In this document: positions 55,894 to 64,000 of the stretch, piece by piece
Layout of the letters: every line of letters starts with the position of its first letter
How positions within the stretch are numbered: position 1 is the first letter of the stretch
From: Polyangiaceae bacterium
GTDB taxonomy: Bacteria; Myxococcota_A; Polyangia; Polyangiales; Polyangiaceae
NCBI GenBank assembly: GCA_033763455.1
Contig: JANRKO010000074.1
Location: 54,715 to 118,714, forward strand
Length of the DNA: 64,000 bases
Direction of reading: 5' to 3'
Position numbers and translations under genes: made by a program
The notes under the pieces: model-generated
Told to the model about the DNA's origin: nothing
What the model saw: the letters and a program-made list of their open reading frames with translations, nothing else
Database searches by the model: none

Positions 55894-57288
55894 CTAACCT
55901 GCTGAGAAAATTCCGTGCCTTGCAAGGGCGGCTTTCGCTCGCCGAGTCCAATTGGTGCCATGCAGTATTTTCATCGCAGCGAGGTCAGTGCGCTTCAAAT
56001 CGAGCCGGGCACTCACGTTGCGGGACCTTAGAATTGGCAACACGTGCTGCTCAAATGCTGCACGCTGGTAAACATAAGCTGCATTCCCAGTCTCAGAGAA
56101 CTCGACAACTACGATCTTCTCAAAGAACATGCAAAACGCGCTTGCTCCCTCGCCGGTTCCACGAATGGCCCGGCTAAGGACTGCCCGCCCCGTTTCGGTT
56201 CCGTTCAGGGTGCGTTGAAGGCTGCTGTAGGCGCTGCTGGCTAACACGCACTGCGTGCCACGAATGCTAGGCAGATACCGCAACCAGAACCGTTCGCGAT
56301 CCTCCTCCTTCATCGCGTGACGGAAGAATAGCGACAGATCTTCCCTCACCAAGATAGCAATAAACTCATCAAAAGCTGCTGGATTCTGGATGCGCACCTC
56401 GCTCCACGCATTCGACATGGGTGGCACACGGGGGTCCCCAAAGGCCGATTTCAGCAGAAGGTCAACAAGGCGGGATGACGCCGGGCTTGAGTGCGAATTG
56501 CAGTTAGCAAGCATCGCTGCGACTACTGTGACCTGACTGCGCAGTGGAGCGATGCCGCCACCGCCAGGCGGCCAGTTCTCTACCCACGTGGATCCGTTGA
56601 GTGCTGGGAGAGTGGGCTTAATCGCGCTCGAAAATGGGGCCAGCTCGGCCGCAATGTTCTCCCATGAGCGACAGGCGAGGGCGTTCGCCAGCCACTCTGC
56701 CGTTGCGGCATGCGTGAACTCCCAGTTCCGGCGGCAGCCCAGAGTTTGATAGAGGTAGTTGGTGAATTCAGCAAGCGTGCGTGGCGGCGAGAGCGCGACG
56801 TCCCGATGCCCGTCTTTGGCGGTTATGAGCCACGCATTTAGCCCACGATGGATTACTCGTACACCAGGCGGTGCTGCGCGCACTAGCTCGGCCCATTCTT
56901 CGCGAGTGGGGTCCTCTGAAAGCTGGCTCCAGTGTGAAAAGAAGGAATCAACAAGCCAGCCGTGGGCTTCTGGGCGCACTCGAAGCAGCGCTCCCATGGT
57001 TGCCGGAGAAATTGTCTGGAGCAGGTTGGTCGCGACGCGCAATTCGCGCCGCGAAAGAGAGGCAAAATCTCCAGCTAGAACGAGCGTTTCAACGCGCTGC
57101 ATCAGATCCTGAGTCGCGCGCTCCTGGTGTTTCGCGCTTACAAGGTCCTGTTTCTCAAGCGACGCCGTCAGGTGCGAATCTAGATTTTTACGACTACGCT
57201 GGAGGCTTTCCCAAACCGCAGCATGCGCAGATAACGCGCCTTGGACGCGCGTTTTCATCTGTGAAAGCAAACGGAGGGGATCCATCAC
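55894..57288 (-). CDS. zorC: ZorC-like EH-signature domain protein
   Basis: FGDPR......W, DLSLFF, DRERFWLRY, VVVEFSETGNAAYVY, ILHGTNW; last gene of the coupled operon. Confidence 0.85.
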   Translation of the reverse strand: MMDPLRLLSQMKTRVQGALSAHAAVWESLQRSRKNLDSHLTASLEKQDLVSAKHQERATQDLMQRVETLVLAGDFASLSRRELRVATNLLQTISPATMGALLRVRPEAHGWLVDSFFSHWSQLSEDPTREEWAELVRAAPPGVRVIHRGLNAWLITAKDGHRDVALSPPRTLAEFTNYLYQTLGCRRNWEFTHAATAEWLANALACRSWENIAAELAPFSSAIKPTLPALNGSTWVENWPPGGGGIAPLRSQVTVVAAMLANCNSHSSPASSRLVDLLLKSAFGDPRVPPMSNAWSEVRIQNPAAFDEFIAILVREDLSLFFRHAMKEEDRERFWLRYLPSIRGTQCVLASSAYSSLQRTLNGTETGRAVLSRAIRGTGEGASAFCMFFEKIVVVEFSETGNAAYVYQRAAFEQHVLPILRSRNVSARLDLKRTDLAAMKILHGTNWTRRAKAALARHGIFSAG

Positions 57289-58142
57289 GGCGCATTCTCT
57301 CGGTACTCGAGACCTGCGCGCACTCGGACTTTGAATACGACACGGCGATCGGCAGTGCGTGTTTCATGGTTCGTTCCCTTGGCCTCAACCGGCCCTCTCC
57401 CAGATACGGTAAACTTGTCGTTCAAGCACGCAGCAAGCGCACGGTCGCTGGCGACGGCCTGCCGCAGCCCGAAGAATAGATTCTGCGCACGGGCTCCGCT
57501 CAAGCGGACATTGTTCTCGAATCCGACGCTCTCACACTTGCTGAGCAGCTCGTTCTCGCAACCCGGGATCGGTCCCATATTGTTCGCCAATTTTGCGTCT
57601 TTGCAGCCATCAAGGAGATTGTTGCTGCAGCCTGGGGGCTTCTGTGCCCCGCATCGCGCGTTATCCGCAAGAAACGGTCTATCGTCAGTATGCCCCTCAA
57701 GACTGATTGAAAGCAAATACTGCCTCGCGCCTGCCGCCCTGCAGAGCGTTTCAACTAACTCGCGGAGACTGTCCTCCGTCGACGGGGACAGTTGTTCGTC
57801 CAGCTCACACTGCCCTGACTTGAATAGCGGGAACCGGTCTTCGTTTAGGGTCAATGTCAGAGAGTAAGGGTCGCTATTGCGATCGCTCTTATCGGCCGGA
57901 GGCTTCACAATGGAGTCTTTCTTGAAAACCTTCGAGAGACGATCAAGAAATTCTACTGCGCCTTGGTCTTGCCTCTTGATCCTGTCAAGTTCCTCCTTGT
58001 TTTGGGCCTCAACTTTCCGCTCCTTTGTTCTCGCTGCAATGGCCTGCACCATGAATATTGCCGCGATTAAGAGAAATGTGACCGCCACGCCCGACATTAG
58101 ATCCGTTGTGGCATGCGAAAACGCGTCCTCTCGCTTGCTCAC
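57285..58142 (-). CDS. zorB: ZorB-like MotB/OmpA peptidoglycan-binding protein
   Basis: TDLMSG TM helix with conserved Asp; FKSG, LEGHTD, N.RLSGARA, DRRVVFK. Confidence 0.88.
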   Translation of the reverse strand: MSKREDAFSHATTDLMSGVAVTFLLIAAIFMVQAIAARTKERKVEAQNKEELDRIKRQDQGAVEFLDRLSKVFKKDSIVKPPADKSDRNSDPYSLTLTLNEDRFPLFKSGQCELDEQLSPSTEDSLRELVETLCRAAGARQYLLSISLEGHTDDRPFLADNARCGAQKPPGCSNNLLDGCKDAKLANNMGPIPGCENELLSKCESVGFENNVRLSGARAQNLFFGLRQAVASDRALAACLNDKFTVSGRGPVEAKGTNHETRTADRRVVFKVRVRAGLEYRENAP

Positions 58143-59878
58143 GTCTGTCTACCGTCCTTCAACGCTTTCGTGAGCTGGCCCACCGCATCCTCGAGCTCCT
58201 CGGCACCAACGCGCCACTGGGATGTCGTGCTGTCCGCCAGTTGCCTAACCTTTTCGTGGAGGTCGCTCCAGGACGCAGCCAGTTGATTTGATTTGTCCTC
58301 AAAACTCCTGATGTAGGTCTCCAGTAACGTTGGCCAGACGCTCTGAAGTTCCGAGATGAGTTGCCGGTGATCTGCCGTTAGCTTCACTTCAACGAGCGAT
58401 TGATCCTTAGCTTCCTTGACGACAGCGCTAGTTTGCTCAAGTATTTGTTGAACAGATGCAGATTGAAGCGCAAGTTGGTCTGTCACGCGTCTCAGGCCCC
58501 CCACGGCTCCCTCTGTCGCCCCGATCATGTGGCTCGCCTCACCCGCTGCAGATTTGAGCGCACCCGCCGATCTGGTCAGGGCATCCTCAGCGCCAGAAAA
58601 AAGTCCGACGACAGCGCCAAGCCTTTTCTCCAGCGATTCCAGCGTTTCTCCGTGGAGAGTGGCCACCTTAGCAGTGGCTGCGATCGTATCGCCTCGCATT
58701 CTGCTGAATTCTTCCGATGTTGCAGTCTGGTGCGCGCGAAGGTGTTGCAACAATTCGTCTACCCGCTCAAAGACACGCTGAGCAGAAGCCTCGCCGCGAC
58801 CCTGTTGTTGCTCAACGGTCGTCACGAGCCGTTGCCCCACGGCGTCAAGATTGCGCGCCATCTCAGGTACCACTCGTGCAAACTGTTGGAGTGCAGTGTT
58901 CAACTGGGCAGTTTCCCCGGAATAGCCTTGGGACAGGGCGCTATTCAGCTGGTTGAGGAGTGTCTCAACCGGTGCCTGAGCTTGCCGTGAGATCTCGATG
59001 CGAATAGCGTCCAAATTGGCGACGATACGTTCCTGCGTCGCGGTAGCGATGCCGTCTATGCGTTCGAGCGCCTTACCCATCATGGCGCCGATCTGGTCGC
59101 CAACATCACGTGTGAGAATGTGTCTCAACTGTTCGGTGACATCGGTGGAGAGATTCTGAACGCTGACCTCAATGCTATTGAGCCGTTGCACGTCGCCCTG
59201 CAATGCTTGCAGTGAGCCGACCGTCGCGACCGACTGTTCGTGAATGTTTTGGAGAACCTCCAGGTGAAAGCGCTGAAGCAGGCCGTCGTAATCCTCTGGA
59301 GAGGCGAAGACATGCCGCATTTCGCGTTCAGCGTAGTCCAGAAGCTTCACGTGCTGGATCTCCTTGCGCATTGAGAACAGCGTGTAAATGACCGCGCACA
59401 AGACTCCGGTCGCCGAGATTATGAACTTCGCTCCCATGCCACTGACCGCATTCGACAGCTCTTCGTTGGCCCTGAGCACATCAGTGTTGCTGTGTCCGAT
59501 TGCTTCGCGAACGCTCGTCATCAGAACCCAGGCGATAAGCGCAAACGTGCACAGGAGCGAGAACCCCGTAAATATGGACGCCCACGGTAGTGGCTTGGCT
59601 CCCTCGGAAAGCTCTTGAAGAACCTGGAGTCTCGGCAACCGAAGGAGAAACCTATCATCCCCAGGATAGCCCACGCGCTCGCGGCCCGGTGCAAGATATT
59701 TTTCAAGCTCCCGAATGCTCGCATCTTCTTCCGTTTGCGGATCCCATTCCACGGAAATTCGTGAAATGCGGGTAAGCAGATTGCGGGTCCGTTTTGTTCG
59801 AAGCTCTTCGTGCAGCAAAAGCCCAATCAGCAGTATCAGGAGAGTCGCCACGGGCACCGCCGTAAGCGAGTCATGCAT
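58139..59878 (-). CDS. zorA: ZorA-like membrane protein with long coiled-coil tail
   Basis: Three hydrophobic helices (SIFTGFSLLCTF; GMGAKFIISATG) and about 400 aa of helical tail; immediately upstream of zorB. Alternative start TTG 59908. Confidence 0.82.
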   Translation of the reverse strand: MHDSLTAVPVATLLILLIGLLLHEELRTKRTRNLLTRISRISVEWDPQTEEDASIRELEKYLAPGRERVGYPGDDRFLLRLPRLQVLQELSEGAKPLPWASIFTGFSLLCTFALIAWVLMTSVREAIGHSNTDVLRANEELSNAVSGMGAKFIISATGVLCAVIYTLFSMRKEIQHVKLLDYAEREMRHVFASPEDYDGLLQRFHLEVLQNIHEQSVATVGSLQALQGDVQRLNSIEVSVQNLSTDVTEQLRHILTRDVGDQIGAMMGKALERIDGIATATQERIVANLDAIRIEISRQAQAPVETLLNQLNSALSQGYSGETAQLNTALQQFARVVPEMARNLDAVGQRLVTTVEQQQGRGEASAQRVFERVDELLQHLRAHQTATSEEFSRMRGDTIAATAKVATLHGETLESLEKRLGAVVGLFSGAEDALTRSAGALKSAAGEASHMIGATEGAVGGLRRVTDQLALQSASVQQILEQTSAVVKEAKDQSLVEVKLTADHRQLISELQSVWPTLLETYIRSFEDKSNQLAASWSDLHEKVRQLADSTTSQWRVGAEELEDAVGQLTKALKDGRQT

Positions 59879-59904
59879 TACAAGGTCAATCAAAACGACC
59901 CTCC

Positions 59905-62670
59905 TCAAGTGGCAAACACAACGTTCTGGAGTTCAACTTCATTGTCGGTTGGGGCAAGAAAGTCCCGCGCTATGCCCCGTTTTTTCCTCACCAATTCGTC
60001 CAGCTTCACGTCGAATCCTGAAGTGGGATCCCTTTCGTGGTGCAGAACCAGGTAATGCTCCTGCACTTCTTGGCTTTGTCCAATTCGGTGGGCACGTGCT
60101 GTCGCCTGATCCTCCTTGGCCGGGTTCCACCACCTGCCGTAGTGAATAACGTGACTTGCAGCGGTAACATTGAGACCAGCACCCGCTGCAAGTGGGCTCA
60201 TGATGAGCACGTCAAAACCACGTCCTCTGGAGAACTCGTCGATTAGTCTTTGTGAGCGATTTTGGGCGTTGGAATCCCCATTGATAACGTGCACACGCGG
60301 CAAGCCGAAACGGTTGCAAATGAGATCTCGCAACATGTCTTGCATCCGAACCCAAAGAGTAAAAACAATGGCTTTTTGTCCCTGCTTTTCGATTTCCTCC
60401 AACAACTCAAGGCACTTGGCCAGCTTGGGGCTTGAGGCCACTGCCTCATCCGGTGATAGCTCCCTGGTGTCATCACCGCGAAGAAGCGCAGGATGCTGAT
60501 ACAGCTTCTGGAGCTCCCCTAAGATCGGTAGGCCGCCCTTGTGGGTACGAACAATCTGCCGTTCGAGTTCTTCCTGTTCAAATGTCATGGCGATCGGGTG
60601 GACGGTGGTGCGCAGGGGCATCAACTCTCGAAGCGTGTCCCTTTTTTCACGATGCAATACGGGTGAGCCTATTGATGGGTACCTGAGCGCCTCCCGCAGT
60701 AGCAGAGGCCCCGCGGAGTTTTTCTCAAAGTCGCGCGAGAATGAAGGTGAGTCTCCAAATGGTGTTCCAGGGCTCAGGAAATCGAACTGCGTCCAGAGAT
60801 CTCGCAGGCGATTTTCCACCGGCGTTCCGGTTGAGCAAATACCAAACGAACGTTTGAGCCCTCTGGCGGCTGCGGCACGATATGTCCCGGGGTTCTTAAT
60901 GTTCTGGGATTCGTCCAGAATCACCGTTGCCCAGTCGGCTCGGAGTAACATTTTCTGGTGACGGGCCAATGTGTCGTAGGACATGACAACGACAGCCGGT
61001 CTGCGAAGGGAGAGCAATAGCGGTCCGAGCTCGCTGCGCATCGAAGTGGCGGTCACGGCGATCACTTCCGGCGCTGCACCAGTTCGGAAATACCTGGCTA
61101 TTTCCTTCTTCCAGTTCTCCATCAGTATGAGGGGGCATACGACGAGCGATGGCAGCTCGCGGTCGTGCGCTGGCCCGAATCGAAATTGGAGCGCCAGGAA
61201 ACAAGCAATCTGCAGCGTTTTGCCAAGTCCCATCTCATCGGCAAGTAGAACCCCACCACGTCCGGCCAAGTAGTGTCGCCACAGCCACTCGACGCCCTCT
61301 CGCTGGTGAGGTTTGAGGTGACATTCAGGCGTAATGATTGATTCAAGCTCCGCCCAAGGAACGACGAACTGTGAGTTGTCGATATCCTGAGGTAGCGCGG
61401 AGATTCCATCGGGGTCGGCGATGACTGCCGCATCCCGCTTGGGTTGCGGTAACCTGTGGTGCTCACCTGCATCGGTCGGTTTGACTTTCTGCGATTCTAG
61501 GCGAGCTAGCTGAGCTACCCCATCTTCGAGGTGTCGCAACAGTGCTTCCGTTGGCATCACAGACTGGCCGCCGAGTTCGACAACACGACCAAGTCGGCTG
61601 GCTTCGCGAGCCTCGGATAACTTGATCGGCGCTTCATCTTGCCGAAGGCCAATGTCTACAAGGGCGCCGTCGGTTGTGGATATTCTTAACCGGAGGATAG
61701 GGAGCGAGTCATCGCTATCCTTCCGGTACCACTCTATACCCGAAGTTAAGTCAACTTCGCGCTCGGGTCTGAGGATGGGTTCAAACCCGCGAACGCGCGG
61801 GCTGTACTCAGCAAAGTCGACGTCGTCGTAACTAGGTCCTTCCGGCAGCAGTCGGATCGGATCAGCTTCTACGTCTCTGGCGAATTGGTTCTGAAGCGGC
61901 TTCGCCGCGCGAGCAGCAGCTTCCATTCCTTCGGACAGCAACAGGTACTCCCGGGATGACTGCGCAACTACCGGCGCATCGGGGGAAAGGCGTGCCAGAT
62001 CAATCTGAGCGCGGCTCCCGTCGTCGTGAATCTCATCCAGCGTCAGGGAAAGTAGCTGAGACGCGAACTTGGCGGGCCTCCACTGGAGGGAAGCTTTCCT
62101 TACTGTGCGGATGCTGAATCCGGCCAGATGAGGATGGTAGTTGACGCTGATGGATCCAAAAGATCCTTCCATGTGCTCCGCTGCGCCATCCAGCTGCGAG
62201 CGTATCCTTGCTAGGCGATCAATTTGGGCGTCACGCGTGGTGGCGTTTGGAATTGCTGTGATTGCCTTCTGCGCTGCAAACACCACTGGAAGCAGTACGC
62301 GATTCCCAAAGATGGGCGACTCGTTTTCTCCAACGCGTTCACCATCGACGACGAGTTCAAAGCGGCAATCAGTGCCTCCGACATGTCCTCGCACGTCAAC
62401 AAGGACATTCTGTTTTTGCACGCCTAAAAGGCTAGCAAGATGGTCCTGTCGAGCGCTCCAGATGTCGACCTGCTCAGGATCCGTCTCCTGAGTTGGAACT
62501 TCCCCCACCGTGGCCCAATGCTGGACAGAAAACCGAACTCTGCGTTCGCTGTCAGCGATCAGTCCGCATGATTCGTCACGCTCCAGGGCGCGGAGCGCTC
62601 TGCTTTGTCGAGGATTCGGCGCAGCGCCGAGGTCGAGCAAGAGGTAACCTGATTCTATCGAAGTCTTCAT
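59905..62670 (-). CDS. zorD: SNF2-family helicase/ATPase (ZorD-like, no C-terminal nuclease)
   Basis: LKPHQREG, LADEMGLGKT, DESQNIKN, TGTPVEN, AGAGLNVTAA, QATARAHRIGQ; ends about 50 aa after motif VI. Confidence 0.8.
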   Translation of the reverse strand: MKTSIESGYLLLDLGAAPNPRQSRALRALERDESCGLIADSERRVRFSVQHWATVGEVPTQETDPEQVDIWSARQDHLASLLGVQKQNVLVDVRGHVGGTDCRFELVVDGERVGENESPIFGNRVLLPVVFAAQKAITAIPNATTRDAQIDRLARIRSQLDGAAEHMEGSFGSISVNYHPHLAGFSIRTVRKASLQWRPAKFASQLLSLTLDEIHDDGSRAQIDLARLSPDAPVVAQSSREYLLLSEGMEAAARAAKPLQNQFARDVEADPIRLLPEGPSYDDVDFAEYSPRVRGFEPILRPEREVDLTSGIEWYRKDSDDSLPILRLRISTTDGALVDIGLRQDEAPIKLSEAREASRLGRVVELGGQSVMPTEALLRHLEDGVAQLARLESQKVKPTDAGEHHRLPQPKRDAAVIADPDGISALPQDIDNSQFVVPWAELESIITPECHLKPHQREGVEWLWRHYLAGRGGVLLADEMGLGKTLQIACFLALQFRFGPAHDRELPSLVVCPLILMENWKKEIARYFRTGAAPEVIAVTATSMRSELGPLLLSLRRPAVVVMSYDTLARHQKMLLRADWATVILDESQNIKNPGTYRAAAARGLKRSFGICSTGTPVENRLRDLWTQFDFLSPGTPFGDSPSFSRDFEKNSAGPLLLREALRYPSIGSPVLHREKRDTLRELMPLRTTVHPIAMTFEQEELERQIVRTHKGGLPILGELQKLYQHPALLRGDDTRELSPDEAVASSPKLAKCLELLEEIEKQGQKAIVFTLWVRMQDMLRDLICNRFGLPRVHVINGDSNAQNRSQRLIDEFSRGRGFDVLIMSPLAAGAGLNVTAASHVIHYGRWWNPAKEDQATARAHRIGQSQEVQEHYLVLHHERDPTSGFDVKLDELVRKKRGIARDFLAPTDNEVELQNVVFAT

Positions 62671-63009
62671 TTCGCGTCTCCCCGGCGTGGCAGCAACACC
62701 ACTCGATCATTCGGCCGCAGCACTTTACTGGCGCATTGGGTGGGCACTCAAGTCTCGCGACGGCCGGGATCGGACATTGATCTGTCAGAGCGCGGGTGTT
62801 CAGTATGCTTGCGAAAGCAACTTTTCTGGCTGGCCCTGCGCAGAGCACGCGGGCAATTAGCTCAACGACAATTCTCCTGCAGACCGTTAGATTTCGGTAG
62901 GCCGCATGCCCGAAAATTAGGACCGAGCCCGGTGCAGCTCGGGACATCGCCAGACCTCGCTGACGTCGCGAGTAGCCAACTACCCAAGCCGAGACTCCGT
63001 TGCATGGGT

Positions 63010-63039
63010 GCCATGTGTCAATAGTTGTTGACACATGGC
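63010..63039. promoter_or_regulatory. 12-bp perfect inverted repeat containing TTGACA on both strands (hicAB operator/promoter candidate)
   Basis: GCCATGTGTCAA-TAGTTG-TTGACACATGGC, 24 bp upstream of the hicA GTG. Confidence 0.75.
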
Positions 63040-63063
63040 GGGTCGCGAGCTACAGAAATACTT

Positions 63064-63264
63064 GTGACGGCGCGGGAGTTGCTTCGTGTGCTGAAGCGCC
63101 TTGGGTGCGTGGAAGCTCGGAGGCGGGGGTCTCACATAGTCATCAAATGCGAGAAATGCACCACCGTAGTGGCGATGCATTCCGGTGCGGATATCCCTCT
63201 GGGGACCTTGCGCGCAATTGAAAGGCAGCTTGAACCCTGCCTAGGGAAAGGCTGGCTGAAATGA
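63064..63264 (+). CDS. hicA: HicA mRNA interferase toxin
   Basis: RELLRVL..LG....RRRGSH....VAMHSG.DIP.GTLRAI.RQ. Confidence 0.93.
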   Translation: MTARELLRVLKRLGCVEARRRGSHIVIKCEKCTTVVAMHSGADIPLGTLRAIERQLEPCLGKGWLK

Positions 63265-63662
63265 AAAAGTACAACATACGTCTTCTGCACGACAGCGAGT
63301 CTGGGCTCTGGACGGCGAGTTGGGACAAGGTCGGAGGCGGTGGTGTCGTCGCTATCGGGATGACCATTGAGTCGGCGATGAGGAAGTTCCGTTCTGCGCT
63401 GGGCATCTTTTTGGACGATAAGCAGGCAGCCAAGGGGGCCGTGTTGATACCGGAGGTTGCGGGTCTCCCCAAGCCTCTCCTTGCGAAGCTTGAGACCGCT
63501 CAGCTCGCCAAGGCAAGAGCAGACGCCGAGCAATTGCGGGCGGGAAAAGTCATCCGGCGCGTAGTGGGTGATTTGGCCAAGCGAGGGCTGAGTACACGAG
63601 ACGTTGGAACATTGCTTGGGGTTTCACGCCAGCGAGCCCACAAGCTATTGAAGGCTGGCTGA
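63261..63662 (+). CDS. hicB: HicB antitoxin with C-terminal HTH
   Basis: N-terminal partial RNase H-like fold (WTA......V.A.G.TIE.A); GLSTRDVGTLLGVSRQRAHKL HTH; ATGA overlap with hicA. Confidence 0.88.
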   Translation: MKKYNIRLLHDSESGLWTASWDKVGGGGVVAIGMTIESAMRKFRSALGIFLDDKQAAKGAVLIPEVAGLPKPLLAKLETAQLAKARADAEQLRAGKVIRRVVGDLAKRGLSTRDVGTLLGVSRQRAHKLLKAG

Positions 63663-63859
63663 GGCTTCGATTGAGCCGCTGTTGCTCCCACGAAGTCGAA
63701 GAACCTCGTTCCGGCAACGATCTCTGGCTCCATGGTGAGCAGGTGAGCACATCCCCACATTCGGCATCGACGCCGAAGCGTATGCCTTACGCTTTGCCTG
63801 CCAACGTCCCCTGGGCTCGGAAGCGCTGGCTTCCGTACACAATGCCGTCACCCTCGATC

Positions 63860-64000
63860 TGAAGTTGATCCGGTTTTCCGGACACCCCAAAAAGAGAGTA
63901 AATTGTGGGTGTCCGAACCATGTCAAAGAGAAAACAACACAACGAAGAGTTCAAGCGGGAGGCCGTGCGCCTGATGCAGAGTCGGGGCGAGCGCACAGTC
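63860..64000 (+). mobile_element. Left end of an IS3-family insertion sequence (partial)
   Basis: Terminal sequence TGAAGTTGATCCGGTTTTCCGGACACC beginning with TG, followed by orfA. Confidence 0.82.
63920..64000 (+). CDS. IS3-family transposase OrfA, N-terminus (partial)
   Basis: MSKRKQHNEEFKREAVRLMQSRGERTV matches the HTH_Tnp_1 pattern RKQ.S.EFKREAV.L. Confidence 0.88.
   Translation, partial: MSKRKQHNEEFKREAVRLMQSRGERTV

Noticed and set aside
62576..63034. ORFs between the helicase and hicA as a missing Zorya nuclease gene
   Set aside because: The translations lack nuclease motifs, look non-protein-like and overlap the helicase start or the operator.
63662..63859. Gene fragment interrupted by the IS3 element
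   Set aside because: No frame gives a recognisable protein.
1..64000. tRNA, rRNA, riboswitch or prophage genes
   Set aside because: I saw no cloverleaf or T-loop signature, rRNA-like tract or phage structural gene; a weak ncRNA could be missed without a covariance search.

Overview
Chromosomal window from a myxobacterium, probably Polyangiales. This is inferred from an AglZ-like protein, a myxobacterial-type T3SS/FliO pair, a Ser/Thr kinase, DUF1592/DUF1552 pairs and Cys-rich lipoproteins. The backbone is housekeeping and envelope genes: priA, slt-like, corC-like, GH113, HAD, infA, five glycosyltransferases plus an MMPL exporter, an ECF sigma/anti-sigma pair, purine nucleoside phosphorylase, cdd, an arginyltransferase, hisIE, a thiolase and cystathionine beta-synthase. 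Two accessory islands stand out. Island 1 (14.3-19.9 kb) carries a VapBC toxin-antitoxin pair, an IS91-like transposase scar that the ORF track misses, a tightly coupled three-gene unit (PD-(D/E)xK nuclease, 63-aa ORF, Schlafen/AlbA_2-ATPase-HTH protein) and a frameshifted DUF2971-like pseudogene. Island 2 (55.9-64 kb) is a rearranged Zorya-like operon, in the order SNF2 helicase, zorA, zorB, EH-signature zorC. Its helicase ends without the C-terminal nuclease of canonical ZorD, and its ZorB has a long Cys-rich insertion. A divergent hicAB pair, preceded by a palindrome with TTGACA on both strands, and the start of an IS3-family element follow. I recognised no tRNA, rRNA or CRISPR array. All calls come from motif reading by eye; no database searches were run.
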